From contig JAUSCZ010000023.1 of NCBI GenBank assembly GCA_030674475.1, positions 87,819 to 151,818 on the forward strand: a DNA stretch of 64,000 nucleotides, written 5' to 3'. Each line of letters begins with the position of its first letter. The first letter of the stretch is position 1. The translations under genes and the position numbers were made by a program. The DNA is from Candidatus Omnitrophota bacterium. GTDB taxonomy: Bacteria > Omnitrophota > Gorgyraeia > Gygaellales > UBA12090. Positions 1 to 10,634 of this stretch are shown here, in pieces. The notes beneath the pieces were generated by a model. That model was given only the letters and a program-made list of their open reading frames with translations. It did not search any database and had not been told where the DNA came from.

Positions 1-711
1 TGCCTTTCGGATCATAATGAGATAATTTCGCGGGTGCGGGCTAAAAGGCCGCAACTTCTCATAGTGGACAAAGACCTGGCTCCGGCAGGAGGAATTCAGG
101 TTACCCGCGAGGCAAGAGAGCTTGACCGCGACCTGAAGATTGCGCTGTTAGCGAAAGATAATCTCGGCGCTGAAGATAAGTCTAAGGCCCTTCTCTTAAA
201 CGTGCGCGGCATTAAAAAGGATTTAGACAGCCATTTTACTCTTAAGGCGCTTTTGGAGATAAGCCTAGAAATTAATGATAAGGTTGAAGAGAGCCGCTAC
301 TTTCACTTAGGGAAGGTGCTTTTGGTGGATGATGCCGTTAAAATCCGGACGCCCTTGAAGATCTTTCTGAAGACGCGGGGTCTGGATGTCCGCGAGGCCG
401 CGGACGGCAGGCAGGCATTAAGCCGGGTATACGCCGAAAGGCCAAGGCTCGCGGTTATTGACGAAAGAATGCCGGGGATGAGCGGAACAGAACTTTTAAA
501 GAAGATAAAAGAATTTGACCCTTCAATACAGGTTATCTTGATCAGTGGCACCTATGATTCGGACAGCTTCCGGAAGGCGGCGGGATTAGGGGCTTGTGAT
601 TGTATTGCCAAACCCTTCAGCCTCCAGACCCTGGAGGCCTTGGTTTTGTCTGTTTTGATCGTGTCAAGAAAGGTAACAGATGGAAAAACCGACACTGCTT
701 GTGGTCAATGA
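1..711 (+). CDS. Response regulator with tandem receiver (REC) domains, 5' partial
   Basis: Frame is open from base 1. C-terminal REC has VLLVDD, AVIDERMPGMSG, VILISG and IAKPF motifs; an N-terminal degenerate REC (LLIVDKDL) precedes it. Confidence 0.8.
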   Translation, partial: CLSDHNEIISRVRAKRPQLLIVDKDLAPAGGIQVTREARELDRDLKIALLAKDNLGAEDKSKALLLNVRGIKKDLDSHFTLKALLEISLEINDKVEESRYFHLGKVLLVDDAVKIRTPLKIFLKTRGLDVREAADGRQALSRVYAERPRLAVIDERMPGMSGTELLKKIKEFDPSIQVILISGTYDSDSFRKAAGLGACDCIAKPFSLQTLEALVLSVLIVSRKVTDGKTDTACGQ

Positions 712-1321
712 CCAAAAGGACCAGTGTGACTGTATCTGCGGATATTTTTCAGAGAGAAATTTCTCTGTGGTGAAGGCTATGACCGGGATTGATGCCCTTG
801 TCCTGGTCAGGAACCGCCGGCCGGATATAGTGCTCCTGGATTTCTCCCTTGGCGGGATTATGGATGGCAGGAATGTCTTAAGCGAGATACGCGTCTACGA
901 CCAAAGCTTGAAGGTGATTATCATTACCGGAGGCATCCTGGACGAAGAAGAGATACAGGAAATCGTCAGTTTAGGGGTAGTCAGCCTGATTCCCAAACCA
1001 ATTGATTTGCCGGGTTTGGAGACGGCGGTCCGGGATTCTTTGGGAACCAGCCGCAAAGGTCCGCTTGAGCTTGAGGAGGCAAAGGCCGCCTTGCGCAATG
1101 TTCAGTCCGGCGGCATATCCTTGATACGGCTAAGGCATAAACTGGCAAATATTTGTAACGATATCAGCGCCCAATGCGAGTTGTATCTTCTCAATGCCAA
1201 GGAAGGTTTTTACAAGGATAAAAACTGCCAGGAGCGCCTGGATATGGCAGTAGCGGTGATTAATTCTGTTTTAGACTCCACATTAAAACTTGCCGAATTA
1301 AGCCGTAAGATTACGGTTTAA
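680..1321 (+). CDS. Response regulator receiver protein with C-terminal helical extension
   Basis: LLVVND, PDIVLLD, IIITG and IPKPID receiver motifs. Confidence 0.8.
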   Translation: MEKPTLLVVNDQKDQCDCICGYFSERNFSVVKAMTGIDALVLVRNRRPDIVLLDFSLGGIMDGRNVLSEIRVYDQSLKVIIITGGILDEEEIQEIVSLGVVSLIPKPIDLPGLETAVRDSLGTSRKGPLELEEAKAALRNVQSGGISLIRLRHKLANICNDISAQCELYLLNAKEGFYKDKNCQERLDMAVAVINSVLDSTLKLAELSRKITV

Positions 1322-1410
1322 GCGATAACCAACCCCCCGTTGAAAGCCTTTTCCATTTCCCCTGCGAAGTTATACTTTTGCCATTGCCCGGCTTAACTGG
1401 GCAATCTAGT

Positions 1411-1476
1411 GAAAGCGTTTTCTCAAAACCCCGGTTTTGCCCTTATTTTTGCCTTTTTATGTGATATACTTTAGGT
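1411..1476 (+). promoter_or_regulatory. Conserved upstream element with extended -10 promoter (TG-A-TATACT, 1462-1470) for paralog 1; probably leaderless
   Basis: TATACT ends 6 nt before ATG 1477. A near-identical ~67-bp block lies upstream of paralog 3 (52454-52521). Confidence 0.6.
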
Positions 1477-4400
1477 ATGCTCCTCAAGCTTAAAAAGCTA
1501 ATATCCCTTTTTATCTCTTTTTGCCTCATTCTTGAGCAGACTACTTTTGCTCAAAGTATAAACCTGTCGCATTACTTTGCCAATCCCGGAAAACCTATTA
1601 TTCAAAGCGATAAGTTTAGGCCCTTACACCTAAGGTATCTGGGCTATGATAACCTGAGCCAGGACTTTAAGCTACTCTTAGACAGGGGAGATACCAAGAA
1701 GAAAGACCTGGAGAACAAGGCCTACATAGAGGAAAACACCCAAACCCTGCTCAAATACTTCTTCATCGGATTAGCCTTACCCAATGAGAAGTTCTGGGTC
1801 AACCTAAGGCCGGATGCCCCGGATAACATCATAGATGATGACTTGGCCCAGACAGATGTAGGCAAGATACTTCTTGAAGCAGACCTCCAACTTAAGAAAG
1901 ACACCGCCGGCTGGACCTCGCCCCAGACCCCGGAAGGCAAAGAATATTGGGATAAACTCTACCAGAAGGCTGGAGAGCTATTCGGAACCGAGAACATCAC
2001 TATTCCCACCCTCACCCGTCCCTGGATAGTCCCGGATGAAATAATAATCAGGGAAGCCCCGGATAATGCCTATATCTATAAGGCCACCTTGAAAGTGATG
2101 TTAGAGCAGGATTATCTCCAGGGGAATCCGCGCCTCGGGAGCGCGCAAGCAGTTTATAACTTTTCAGACCCCCGCTTGAAAGAGCTCAACGAATATTCCA
2201 CCCAGCTAATCAAAGAAAAAATAATTCCTAAGTTGACCTGTGAGGTGAATACTTCCAAGAGATACGCTCCCCTTAGACAAGTCTATTACTCTTTAATCTT
2301 AGCCCAGAATTTTAAAAAGAAGTTTAGCCAATCAACCGGAGAAAACCCCTATGTCAAGCTGATTGACTCTCGTAACCTCTCTAACCTCACCTCAAAAGGA
2401 CCCTGGGATAAGCGGACCTACTTTAGGGAATACCAGAAATCATTCCAGCAAGGCGAATACAACCTCAAAGCCACCGCATCCACAGTCTACGGTCAGACTA
2501 TCAGAAGCTATATGAGCGGGGGTGTAATAGTGGATATTACCTCTTCCAGTGTTAATATAACTAAGGTAGAGGCGAATAGAGAGTTGAAGCTAATAAGTAG
2601 TAGCGCGCTACTGGGGCCGATTAAGGTTCCTGCGCCCCCTGGATTTGAGCATAATGAAGCAGGCATTCTGGTCCCAGTCCCTAAGAAAAATAATAACGAT
2701 AACATATCCAATCAAGAACCTAAAGGGCATGAGCCTACAGAAGATAAAACAAAGCCGGAAATCATACTTCCTAACAGGGTAGATATTGATGCTGTCAGTG
2801 GTAAAGACCCGACACAAGAGCAATTCCATGATAAGTTTCTCCTGGAAAGTATGTCTGTTAAGGATATTCCTTTATTCTTCAAGGACTATTTAAAATCCTT
2901 GCGCCGCTACCATCTAAGACAAAAAGACAGGGATTCAGCTTATTCTTTGGAGTTGTCCGGGAAAGGAATCAGCCTGCCTGTTGGGTATGAACTCCTTTAT
3001 AAAATATTCGTTTCTGGCCAAGAAGAGGACATCCGGGAAGAAATGAAGCATCTTAGCCTTGAGGAAAGAAAGCAATTTGATCAGGCAGTGAAAGATTTAG
3101 AGAATCTGTTTATCTTGAAAGGAGTATTCGAGAAGTTTAATACAAATAATAAAGAAAAGATACAGCTTCAGCTTCTAAAAATGGCATATGCCTTTTTTAA
3201 GAAGTTAAAACAGGCAGGATTTAATTATTCTGAAGAGTTTGCTGAAAGTATATTGGAGGGATTAGAAGGAAATATTAAATTATGGGGGGCAATATACGAT
3301 GAACTGCAGATTCATTTACGCGTTGAGACTGAAAAGGCCGGACTCTCCCACCCGGAGGAATTATCGCGTTATTATTATCGGGAAAAATTCAAGCCTTATC
3401 TTGATGTTTCTAACCAGCTCCTCTCTTTGAACGTTTATTGGGATGCCTCCCGTAAAGCAAGGCTGTTAGATAACCTTGAGGAGTTGGTGGTTGTGGAGGC
3501 AATAGAGGAATTTTCCTGGGTTAAGGATATATTCAGTCAGGAGCAAAACCCCGAATTAAAGCTAAGATTTAAATTGATTGAGCCTTTCTTTGGTAAGGTA
3601 TCTTATGAGCCTCTTGAGCATTTAGGCCCGCAAGAAGCTTTTGGTCTGGAACTGGAAAAGGATGTCACGGATGAAGTCCGCTCAGGTAAACTTTTCAACA
3701 CTTCTAAGGGTTGGGAGGCTTTAAGAAAATACTTAAAAGAATACCAGCTGGACTACAATAATACTATGCATATCCATATAGATAGAGGCCGGGGGGATAT
3801 TAATCAGAGAAACCAAGAGGTCTTATATCTTGTAACTAGTTTTCTGGAAGGATACCTATTGTCGCTTAGTACTTCTCGCGCTATAGATTACCTGATGTTA
3901 GAAGCAGATGCCCAATATGCTTTAAGGTATGATTACCTCTCATATTTATATCAAACTATGAAACACGACAGAATGATCCAGTTTAATAATATGGGCAACA
4001 CCACCATAGAATTTCGTTTTGCCATGCCGCCGTTGAGGCATTTAGCCTTAAGTGAAAAAGCCAGGATAATTTATATCAAGGACCTGATTACTCTCTTTGC
4101 CGCGTTAAAAGAGATAATAATGCATCCTGAAGATAGGCTATCCTTAAAATATCTTGGTCTTCCGGTGCAAGCGGCTCAATATAAACAAAAGATTAATTTT
4201 AACCATTTAAATAGGATATTAGAAGTAGTATTCAGGGGGCATCCCCAAGCTAAGGAATCGTTCCGGAGATTGATGCTATTCAGCCAGCGCAAGAGTATTT
4301 GTTCTTATCGCAATAGCAGCAATAAGCAAATAGAGGAAAATGAGGCAAAGGCTTCTTTGCGGAAAGAGATAAGTAATTTTTACTATCTGCAAGGGTTAGG

Positions 4401-5478
4401 TCTGCTCTATGTTATTCATAGTGAATCAAAAGAAGGCATATCCTTGAATGTAGATGAAGACATAAAGGAAAAGATAGGGCAAGCAAAAACTCGTAAAAGA
4501 GAATATCCTCTTTACCATGAGGTCGCCATGTATTTACTTCGGACAGTAGCCGATGATTATGAAAATGAAGAAACAGTAAGAGTTATCTTGGGGGAAAAAA
4601 TGCAAGCTGATGAATATATAGTGGCCTTAGACAATGCTAGTACTTTTGTTGTTCCCGCTTTAGATAAAATTGGGAATAAGAGAGACTATTTTCTAACATA
4701 TGGTCTTCCGGCTTTAGTTCAAAGAGTCCATTATAACTATGAGATGTTTGGGCTCGCCTTAAAAGCCGCTACCGCCTTTAAAGATAGGGAAGAACGAAGC
4801 TATTTTCTGAACTACAGCATCCTGTTCCTGTGGCGGATGAGCGAAGGAGATGTAGCTAAGTTTAAGAAATTACTTGAGCTTGTTCAGCAGGGAGCCGTTG
4901 CCTTTGAGCCTGGGGTAGAACGAAACAATTTCCTGGAACAGGGAGTCAATAGGCTGGCCTACGGAATCAATTATAACTATGAGATATTTGCGGAGAGGTT
5001 GCTGAACATAAAGAATAAAGAATCTTCTTCAGCGCTCACTACAGAATTAAACAGAGGCGGCATTGATCTTACCGCACTGCCTATCACTACCCAACCACCC
5101 CTAAATCAGCCTTTGACGGCTAATATCTCTATAGCCAGCTTGGCTTTAAATCTCAATATTAACTTGGATAATGAGTTCAGGCAGATTCAGGATATGCTCA
5201 AGGCCGGGATTATGCCTTCAAGCGAAAGGATAAGGGAGTATGCTTTAACATCTTCATCTTTGCAAAAAGAGGAAGGCTATGCTCAGGAGATAGGTAGAAT
5301 ACTTGGCTGTATTGCGGAGATATTGAGGTTAGAAGAGGACAGGGGAGTGTCTACTGCTTTAGCCTTAAAGGAGATGCTCATTTTGTTTGAGTCGGATAAG
5401 CCCGCGCGGGATGTGCAGTTTGCCTTAAGCAAAATTACCGTTATGCCCAGGGAGCCGGCGAAGTATAGTTCGCAATAG
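1477..5478 (+). CDS. Large exported modular protein, paralog 1: signal peptide, conserved N-domain, amidoligase-like cargo, GGID C-domain
   Basis: N-terminal MLLKLKKLISLFISFCLILEQTTFA-Q signal; FRPLHLRY...FWVNLRPD...LLEADLQLKK...TRPWIVP shared with 5517 and 52639; FGLELE, MHIHID and TIEFRF motifs in the centre; GGIDL...AGIMPS.ERI.EY tail. Confidence 0.85.
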   Translation: MLLKLKKLISLFISFCLILEQTTFAQSINLSHYFANPGKPIIQSDKFRPLHLRYLGYDNLSQDFKLLLDRGDTKKKDLENKAYIEENTQTLLKYFFIGLALPNEKFWVNLRPDAPDNIIDDDLAQTDVGKILLEADLQLKKDTAGWTSPQTPEGKEYWDKLYQKAGELFGTENITIPTLTRPWIVPDEIIIREAPDNAYIYKATLKVMLEQDYLQGNPRLGSAQAVYNFSDPRLKELNEYSTQLIKEKIIPKLTCEVNTSKRYAPLRQVYYSLILAQNFKKKFSQSTGENPYVKLIDSRNLSNLTSKGPWDKRTYFREYQKSFQQGEYNLKATASTVYGQTIRSYMSGGVIVDITSSSVNITKVEANRELKLISSSALLGPIKVPAPPGFEHNEAGILVPVPKKNNNDNISNQEPKGHEPTEDKTKPEIILPNRVDIDAVSGKDPTQEQFHDKFLLESMSVKDIPLFFKDYLKSLRRYHLRQKDRDSAYSLELSGKGISLPVGYELLYKIFVSGQEEDIREEMKHLSLEERKQFDQAVKDLENLFILKGVFEKFNTNNKEKIQLQLLKMAYAFFKKLKQAGFNYSEEFAESILEGLEGNIKLWGAIYDELQIHLRVETEKAGLSHPEELSRYYYREKFKPYLDVSNQLLSLNVYWDASRKARLLDNLEELVVVEAIEEFSWVKDIFSQEQNPELKLRFKLIEPFFGKVSYEPLEHLGPQEAFGLELEKDVTDEVRSGKLFNTSKGWEALRKYLKEYQLDYNNTMHIHIDRGRGDINQRNQEVLYLVTSFLEGYLLSLSTSRAIDYLMLEADAQYALRYDYLSYLYQTMKHDRMIQFNNMGNTTIEFRFAMPPLRHLALSEKARIIYIKDLITLFAALKEIIMHPEDRLSLKYLGLPVQAAQYKQKINFNHLNRILEVVFRGHPQAKESFRRLMLFSQRKSICSYRNSSNKQIEENEAKASLRKEISNFYYLQGLGLLYVIHSESKEGISLNVDEDIKEKIGQAKTRKREYPLYHEVAMYLLRTVADDYENEETVRVILGEKMQADEYIVALDNASTFVVPALDKIGNKRDYFLTYGLPALVQRVHYNYEMFGLALKAATAFKDREERSYFLNYSILFLWRMSEGDVAKFKKLLELVQQGAVAFEPGVERNNFLEQGVNRLAYGINYNYEIFAERLLNIKNKESSSALTTELNRGGIDLTALPITTQPPLNQPLTANISIASLALNLNINLDNEFRQIQDMLKAGIMPSSERIREYALTSSSLQKEEGYAQEIGRILGCIAEILRLEEDRGVSTALALKEMLILFESDKPARDVQFALSKITVMPREPAKYSSQ

Positions 5479-5516
5479 AATTTAAAATCACGAATAGATA
5501 TTGTCCTTAACTAACT

Positions 5517-8500
5517 ATGCCCCCTAAGTCTAAAAAGCTAATCTCTCTTATCCTCTGCTTCTTACTTATCTTCCAGCAGACAGGCTTTGCCCAGACCGTC
5601 AGCCTTAACCTGGCTCACTATCTTAGTCAGGCCTCTTCGCCGGTAATCTCTGATACCTTCCGTCCAATCCACCTGCGCTATATCTCTTACGACAATCTAA
5701 GTAATAATTTTAAACTCCTCTTAGATAAGGGGGACTACTTAAAAGCATCGTCAGGCCGCCAGGATACAAAGTCGTCCGAGCAGGAAGATGATCTTAGTCG
5801 TCAGACGCAAGTTTTGCTGCGATATTTCTTTATCGGCTTAGCCCTGCCCAACAGTGCATTTTGGGTAAACCTTAGACCGGATGCTCCGGATAATATCATT
5901 GATGATGACTTGGCCAAGACCGACATCGGTAAGATACTCTTAGAAGCTGACCTCAACCTTAAGAAAGGCATCTCCAGCTTTACCTCACCCCAAACTCCGG
6001 AAGGCAAGGCCTATTGGGATAAACTTTACCAGAAGGCCGAAGAATTATACGGCACCAGCCAGATAACTATCCCCACCCTAACCCGTCCCTGGATAGTCCC
6101 GGATGAAATAATCTTAAGGGAATCTCCAGACACCAGCGCCTACGTCTACAAAGCCACCCTGAAGGTTATGCTGGAAGAAGACTATCTAGGAAAATCCGAA
6201 ACCCTAAACCCTGAATCCGAAACAAATTCCAATTTAAAAATCCAAAACCAAAAACCCTATGAATTCAAAGACCTAAGATTAAGAGAGCTCAATGAATACT
6301 CTACACAGCTGATCAAAGAGTTGATTATCCCCAAACTTACCCAGGAGATCAACTCTTCCAAGAGATACGCCCCCCCTGAGACAAGTCTATTACTCCTTAA
6401 TCTTAGCCCAGCATTTTAAAAATAAGTTTAGAAACGAATCCGGCCCCTATTCAAATCTTATAGATTCAAGAGATCTTACTAATCTCACCTCTCAAGAGCC
6501 CTGGGATAAGCTTACTTATTTCAGGGAATATCAAAAATCTTTTCAAGAGGGCGAATATAATCTTAAAGCCAACCAGCCTACAGCCTATGGCCAGACTATC
6601 CGCAGGTATATAAGCGGGGGAGTGGAATTGGGAAATAGCGGTTCTTCAGCTCTGATTATTCCAACGAAAAATAACAGAATTATAGATCATCCTGAGATAT
6701 TAAAGGTTAGTAGTGTTATACTGCCAGGCGACCTTAAGGCGTTCGGTAGGTCAACCAGTAGTTCGGCAGTAAAATATGTGCCAGAGCCTGAAGATTTGCG
6801 GATTAGTGATAATCCTGAAATTAGCGGTATCTGGAGTAAAATGGTTGAGGAGAATCTGAAGTTAGGTGAATTTGCCCGGAAATTAGCCGAGTTTTCCCGT
6901 CGTTACGGCGTTATCAATAAATTCCCTCCGGATATATTAAATGAATTGCGCAAGTTTAGCGAGCTTTATAACATTCCGGATAGTAAAAACAAAGCCGATA
7001 AGGACACCATAGCTTATAATTTAGGTTTTATTACTCTTAATAGCGGTATAAAAGAAGAAGATGATTCGCTGTTAGTCGCGCAATTTAAATTCAACCTCTT
7101 GTTTTTAGTGAGCATGGTTAATGCCGGAATAAAACCAGTTGAACTTTTTAATCAATTTAAAGAGATTGATAAGGATAATTTAAATAAAATAGCTACTGGA
7201 GGAAAACTCAAAGATGGTAACGCGTTTTATGATTATACCTGGAAACCGTTTAAGGATATAAGAAGTATCGCTTGGAGTAGTCTTGGCAAAAAGAAAGTTA
7301 ACGATTTCTTTAAAAAATTTGAGTTTTTATTGAACCTTTTTCAGAAAGAACGTATATCATATCATGAGATTGCGCGCCGCCGCCATGCCGGGGAGAAACC
7401 GTATATGGTGATTTTAAAGCAATACCGCGGACAATTTCCCTCGGACATTATTAATTTTCCGCGGGAATATATTGAGCAGCAAGAACCTATTACCAAATAT
7501 GCCCCTGAAGGAGGGAAAATAGGAGATACAGTAAAAAACCCCGGCGGCTTGCTTTTACCGGGTGAATCTGCGGGAAAGGTAAGAAAATTCACGCTTAACG
7601 GCCTGGAGTTTTACGCGAAACGGGTTAATTCTTTATGGACGCGATATCCTGAGGAAGAAATCATGATTTCACTGAAAGCCGCCCAAAGTTTAAAGAAAGT
7701 CAGCCCTTATTTTGGCGTGCAAGAGTTTATCGGTATCGTTTATGACCAGGGAGCCTTTTACTTATTGTCTCGGGCTATTGTCAGTGAGCAGCCTAGACCA
7801 CCGGAAACAATAAGAGATTTGAATCGATTTAAATTAGACGTAGTAGATAGTATGGTTCGCTTAGGGATGCCGAAGCATGATATCCAAAAGGAGGTTGTTA
7901 ATAAATTTGGAGAGATAACTTGGGTATTTTTAGATTTTGAAACGTTTCCTTATCGTCTTGTCAAAGACGCAGCCAAAGCCCTGGAAGCCCTTAAGAGCAG
8001 AAATAACAAAGAAAAGGCAAATGAGAATACCGTATTACTAATGATAGTGATTCAGACGAGTTAATCTTTAAAGTTAAACCTAAAGCGGAAATATTAAAAA
8101 AGGCAATTGGGTCGCTTCAGCAAAAAGCAAAAAAAATAGAAGAAGAAGGAAAAGCAATAGAAATAGAAAATGAAAAAGTAAATATTTTTGAAAAATATAC
8201 AGCATTCAAGGATGTAATAGATAAAAATATTTTAAACGATCCTGAATTAATAAAGAAAGAGATAAAAAAATTTGGAGAATTGTTAGATAAGTTTGGCGCG
8301 AAGGTGAAAAACATAGTGAAAAATAACAATGAAGAAAAAGTGTCTTTTTCAGGAATAAGTATTTCTATATTTTACGATTTAGTAGATAAATTGAATAAGG
8401 CCAGGCACTACCCGTATTATATTGATTATGGAGCTAAAGTGAATAGTTTTATAAGGGTGATGGATGCGTATATAAAATTATTGTCAGATATTCAAAACCC

Positions 8501-9068
8501 GGGAAAAATTGAGGAAGGATGCGCAGAAAGGATGGATGAGTCAAGGAGTGAGCCGGAATTAACCTATTGGTTATTGAAAGAATATAATAAATTGCCTCAA
8601 GAAAAAGAATCTATGAATTCTTCCCCCGTCTTAGCAAGTGAAATCGGTAGAAATATTTTTGCGCCAATTAAGAAAAAAGGCGGTATTGACCTTACCGCCT
8701 TACCCATAACCACCCAATCCCACTTAAATCAGCCTTTGACGGATAATATACCTATAGCAGGCTCGGCCTTAAATCTCAATCGCGCCCTGAGCGATAGTCA
8801 AAGGGTTAATTTAGATAAGGAGCTTCGGGATATTCAGAATATGCTTAAGGCTGGGATTATGCCTTCAGGTGAAAGAATAAAGGAATATGCCTTAGCCTCT
8901 TCGTCTTTGGGGCCGGAAGACCACAACTGGGAAATTGACCGTCTGCTGGGCTGTATTGCTGATGTTTTTAGATTAGAAGAAGAAAAGGCCAAACCCACCC
9001 CGCAAATCTTAAAAGATGTGCTTATTCTGCTGGAATCGGATAACCCCGCCCCGTTACAAATTCTCTGA
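5517..9068 (+). pseudogene. Large exported modular protein, paralog 2 (kinase-like cargo), split by two frameshifts into ORFs 5517-6419, 6622-8064 and 8280-9068
   Basis: A 7-C run at 6370-6376 needs 6 C to read RYAPLRQVYY as in the paralogs; the shifted frame continues LRQVYYSLILAQHFK...SGGVELG into the 6622 ORF. A second (-1) shift at about 8022-8060 joins the frame ending in the GGID domain. The repaired length is about 1183 aa. Could be a sequencing artefact. Confidence 0.8.
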
Positions 9069-9226
9069 AACCGTATTTTATGCTATAAGTCTATTGTAAT
9101 TTATTACCGTATGTGAGGTCTCTGCGGCAAGAAACGGGAATTTGTAACGGGGCCCGCCCAGGAATTACAACTTGCCTTAGCCGGGAAACGGTAAATAATA
9201 TTTCTAATTAACCAACTAATTGCGGG

Positions 9227-9242
9227 TGTGAATTATTTCACA
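9227..9242. promoter_or_regulatory. Palindromic operator TGTGAATTATTTCACA (Rex-box or CRP/FNR-family type) upstream of nuo
   Basis: Matches TGTGAA-N4-TTCACA and TGTGA-N6-TCACA; 7 bp upstream of TTGACA. Confidence 0.6.
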
Positions 9243-9249
9243 GAATCGT

Positions 9250-9278
9250 TTGACAGTAATAGGCTTTTGTGTTAAATT
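9250..9278 (+). promoter_or_regulatory. Sigma70-type promoter of the nuo operon
   Basis: TTGACA (9250-9255), 17-bp spacer, TAAATT (9273-9278) with an extended TG. Confidence 0.65.
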
Positions 9279-9334
9279 AAACTTTCTTCGCTGGCGGGTG
9301 GTTTTGAAAGGATTAAAACTCAATACAGAGTAAT

Positions 9335-9694
9335 ATGTTAGTTAATACTTATAGTTGTGTACTTTTGTTTTTAGCGGCTTCAACTGTGTTTGTCCTGGCC
9401 TCTTTTGTTACCTCCTGGGTTTTAAGGCCGCATAAGCCCAGCCCCCAGAAGCTCTCTACCTATGAATGCGGTGAACCGACTAAAGGGACCAGCTTTATCC
9501 AGTATAATGTTCGCTATTACTTGTTTGCCTTAGCCTTTGTTATTTTTGACGTGGAGGCGGTGTTTTTACTGCCTTGGGCCGTGGTCTGCAAAGACTTCGG
9601 CCTTTTCGGCTTTATTGAGGCAGTGGTTTTCATCTTTATCCTTTTGGCCGGCTTAGTTTATGCCTGGAAAAAGAAGGTGCTGGAATGGCTCTAA
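9335..9694 (+). CDS. nuoA: NADH-quinone oxidoreductase subunit A
   Basis: YECGE and [11 protein letters not shown] motifs, three TM helices. Confidence 0.95.
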   Translation: MLVNTYSCVLLFLAASTVFVLASFVTSWVLRPHKPSPQKLSTYECGEPTKGTSFIQYNVRYYLFALAFVIFDVEAVFLLPWAVVCKDFGLFGFIEAVVFIFILLAGLVYAWKKKVLEWL

Positions 9695-10191
9695 TCAATA
9701 AGCTTCCCATAATTACCGAGAAATTGCCCGGCGGCCAGATTATCCTGGCTTCGGTAGATTTTATCCTGAATTGGTCTAAGGAATCCAGCCTCTGGCCGAT
9801 GAGCTTTGGCCTGGCCTGTTGCGCCATTGAGATGATGGCTGCCGGCGCCGCCCGATATGATATGGACCGTTTTGGGGCCGGGGTTTTTCGGGCTTCTCCC
9901 CGGCAGTGCGACCTGATGATTGTTGCCGGCACCGTTAATGAGAAGATGTCCAAGCGGCTCAGGTTGTTATACGACCAGATGCCTGAACCCAAATATGTGA
10001 TGGCTATGGGCAGCTGCGCTATTTCCGGCGGGCCGTATTATTATGATAGTTATAATGTGGTTAAGGGCGTGGATTTAATTGTTCCGGTGGATGTGCATAT
10101 TCCGGGTTGCCCTCCCCGGCCAGAGGCTTTGCTTTTCGGCCTGATGCAGTTACAGAAAAAAATCAAGAAGGAAAGTATTAAAAATGGCTGA
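9685..10191 (+). CDS. nuoB: NADH-quinone oxidoreductase subunit B
   Basis: [24 protein letters not shown] and PGCPPRPE motifs. Confidence 0.97.
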   Translation: MALINKLPIITEKLPGGQIILASVDFILNWSKESSLWPMSFGLACCAIEMMAAGAARYDMDRFGAGVFRASPRQCDLMIVAGTVNEKMSKRLRLLYDQMPEPKYVMAMGSCAISGGPYYYDSYNVVKGVDLIVPVDVHIPGCPPRPEALLFGLMQLQKKIKKESIKNG

Positions 10192-10633
10192 TCCGGATTG
10201 GGTTTTGGCCCTGAAAAATAAATTTTCTGATACAGTTGAGGAAGTCTCTATCGGCTGTTTGGTCCTGCCCAAGGAAGATATTTTTAGGGCTATTAATTTC
10301 TTAAAGAGAGAATATGGCTTTGATTATCTGATGAATCTGGCGGCTTTGGATTATAAGGATAGATTGGCCGTGGTTTATAATCTGTATTCGTTTAGGCTTA
10401 AGGGTAAGCTTTGCCTGAAGGTATTCTTGCCTCGGGATAATCCCGCCCTAGAAAGCATAACCGGGATTTACGCGGCGGCTAATTGGCAGGAAAGGGAGGC
10501 CTTTGATTTGATGGGAATAAATTTTACCGGCCATCCGGATTTAAGAAGAATCCTCCTGCCGGATGATTATGCCGGATACCCTTTAAGAAAAGATTACACT
10601 AAAGAAGGCTTTCTTCCCATGCCCGCGGTTTAA
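10184..10633 (+). CDS. nuoC: NADH-quinone oxidoreductase subunit C
   Basis: [25 protein letters not shown]...YPLRKDY. Confidence 0.95.
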   Translation: MADPDWVLALKNKFSDTVEEVSIGCLVLPKEDIFRAINFLKREYGFDYLMNLAALDYKDRLAVVYNLYSFRLKGKLCLKVFLPRDNPALESITGIYAAANWQEREAFDLMGINFTGHPDLRRILLPDDYAGYPLRKDYTKEGFLPMPAV

Positions 10634-10634
10634 T

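Noticed and set aside
1477-9068. Diversity-generating retroelement or classical toxin-immunity locus
   Set aside because: No reverse transcriptase, no adenine-specific TR/VR pair and no small immunity ORFs; variation is whole-domain and internal.
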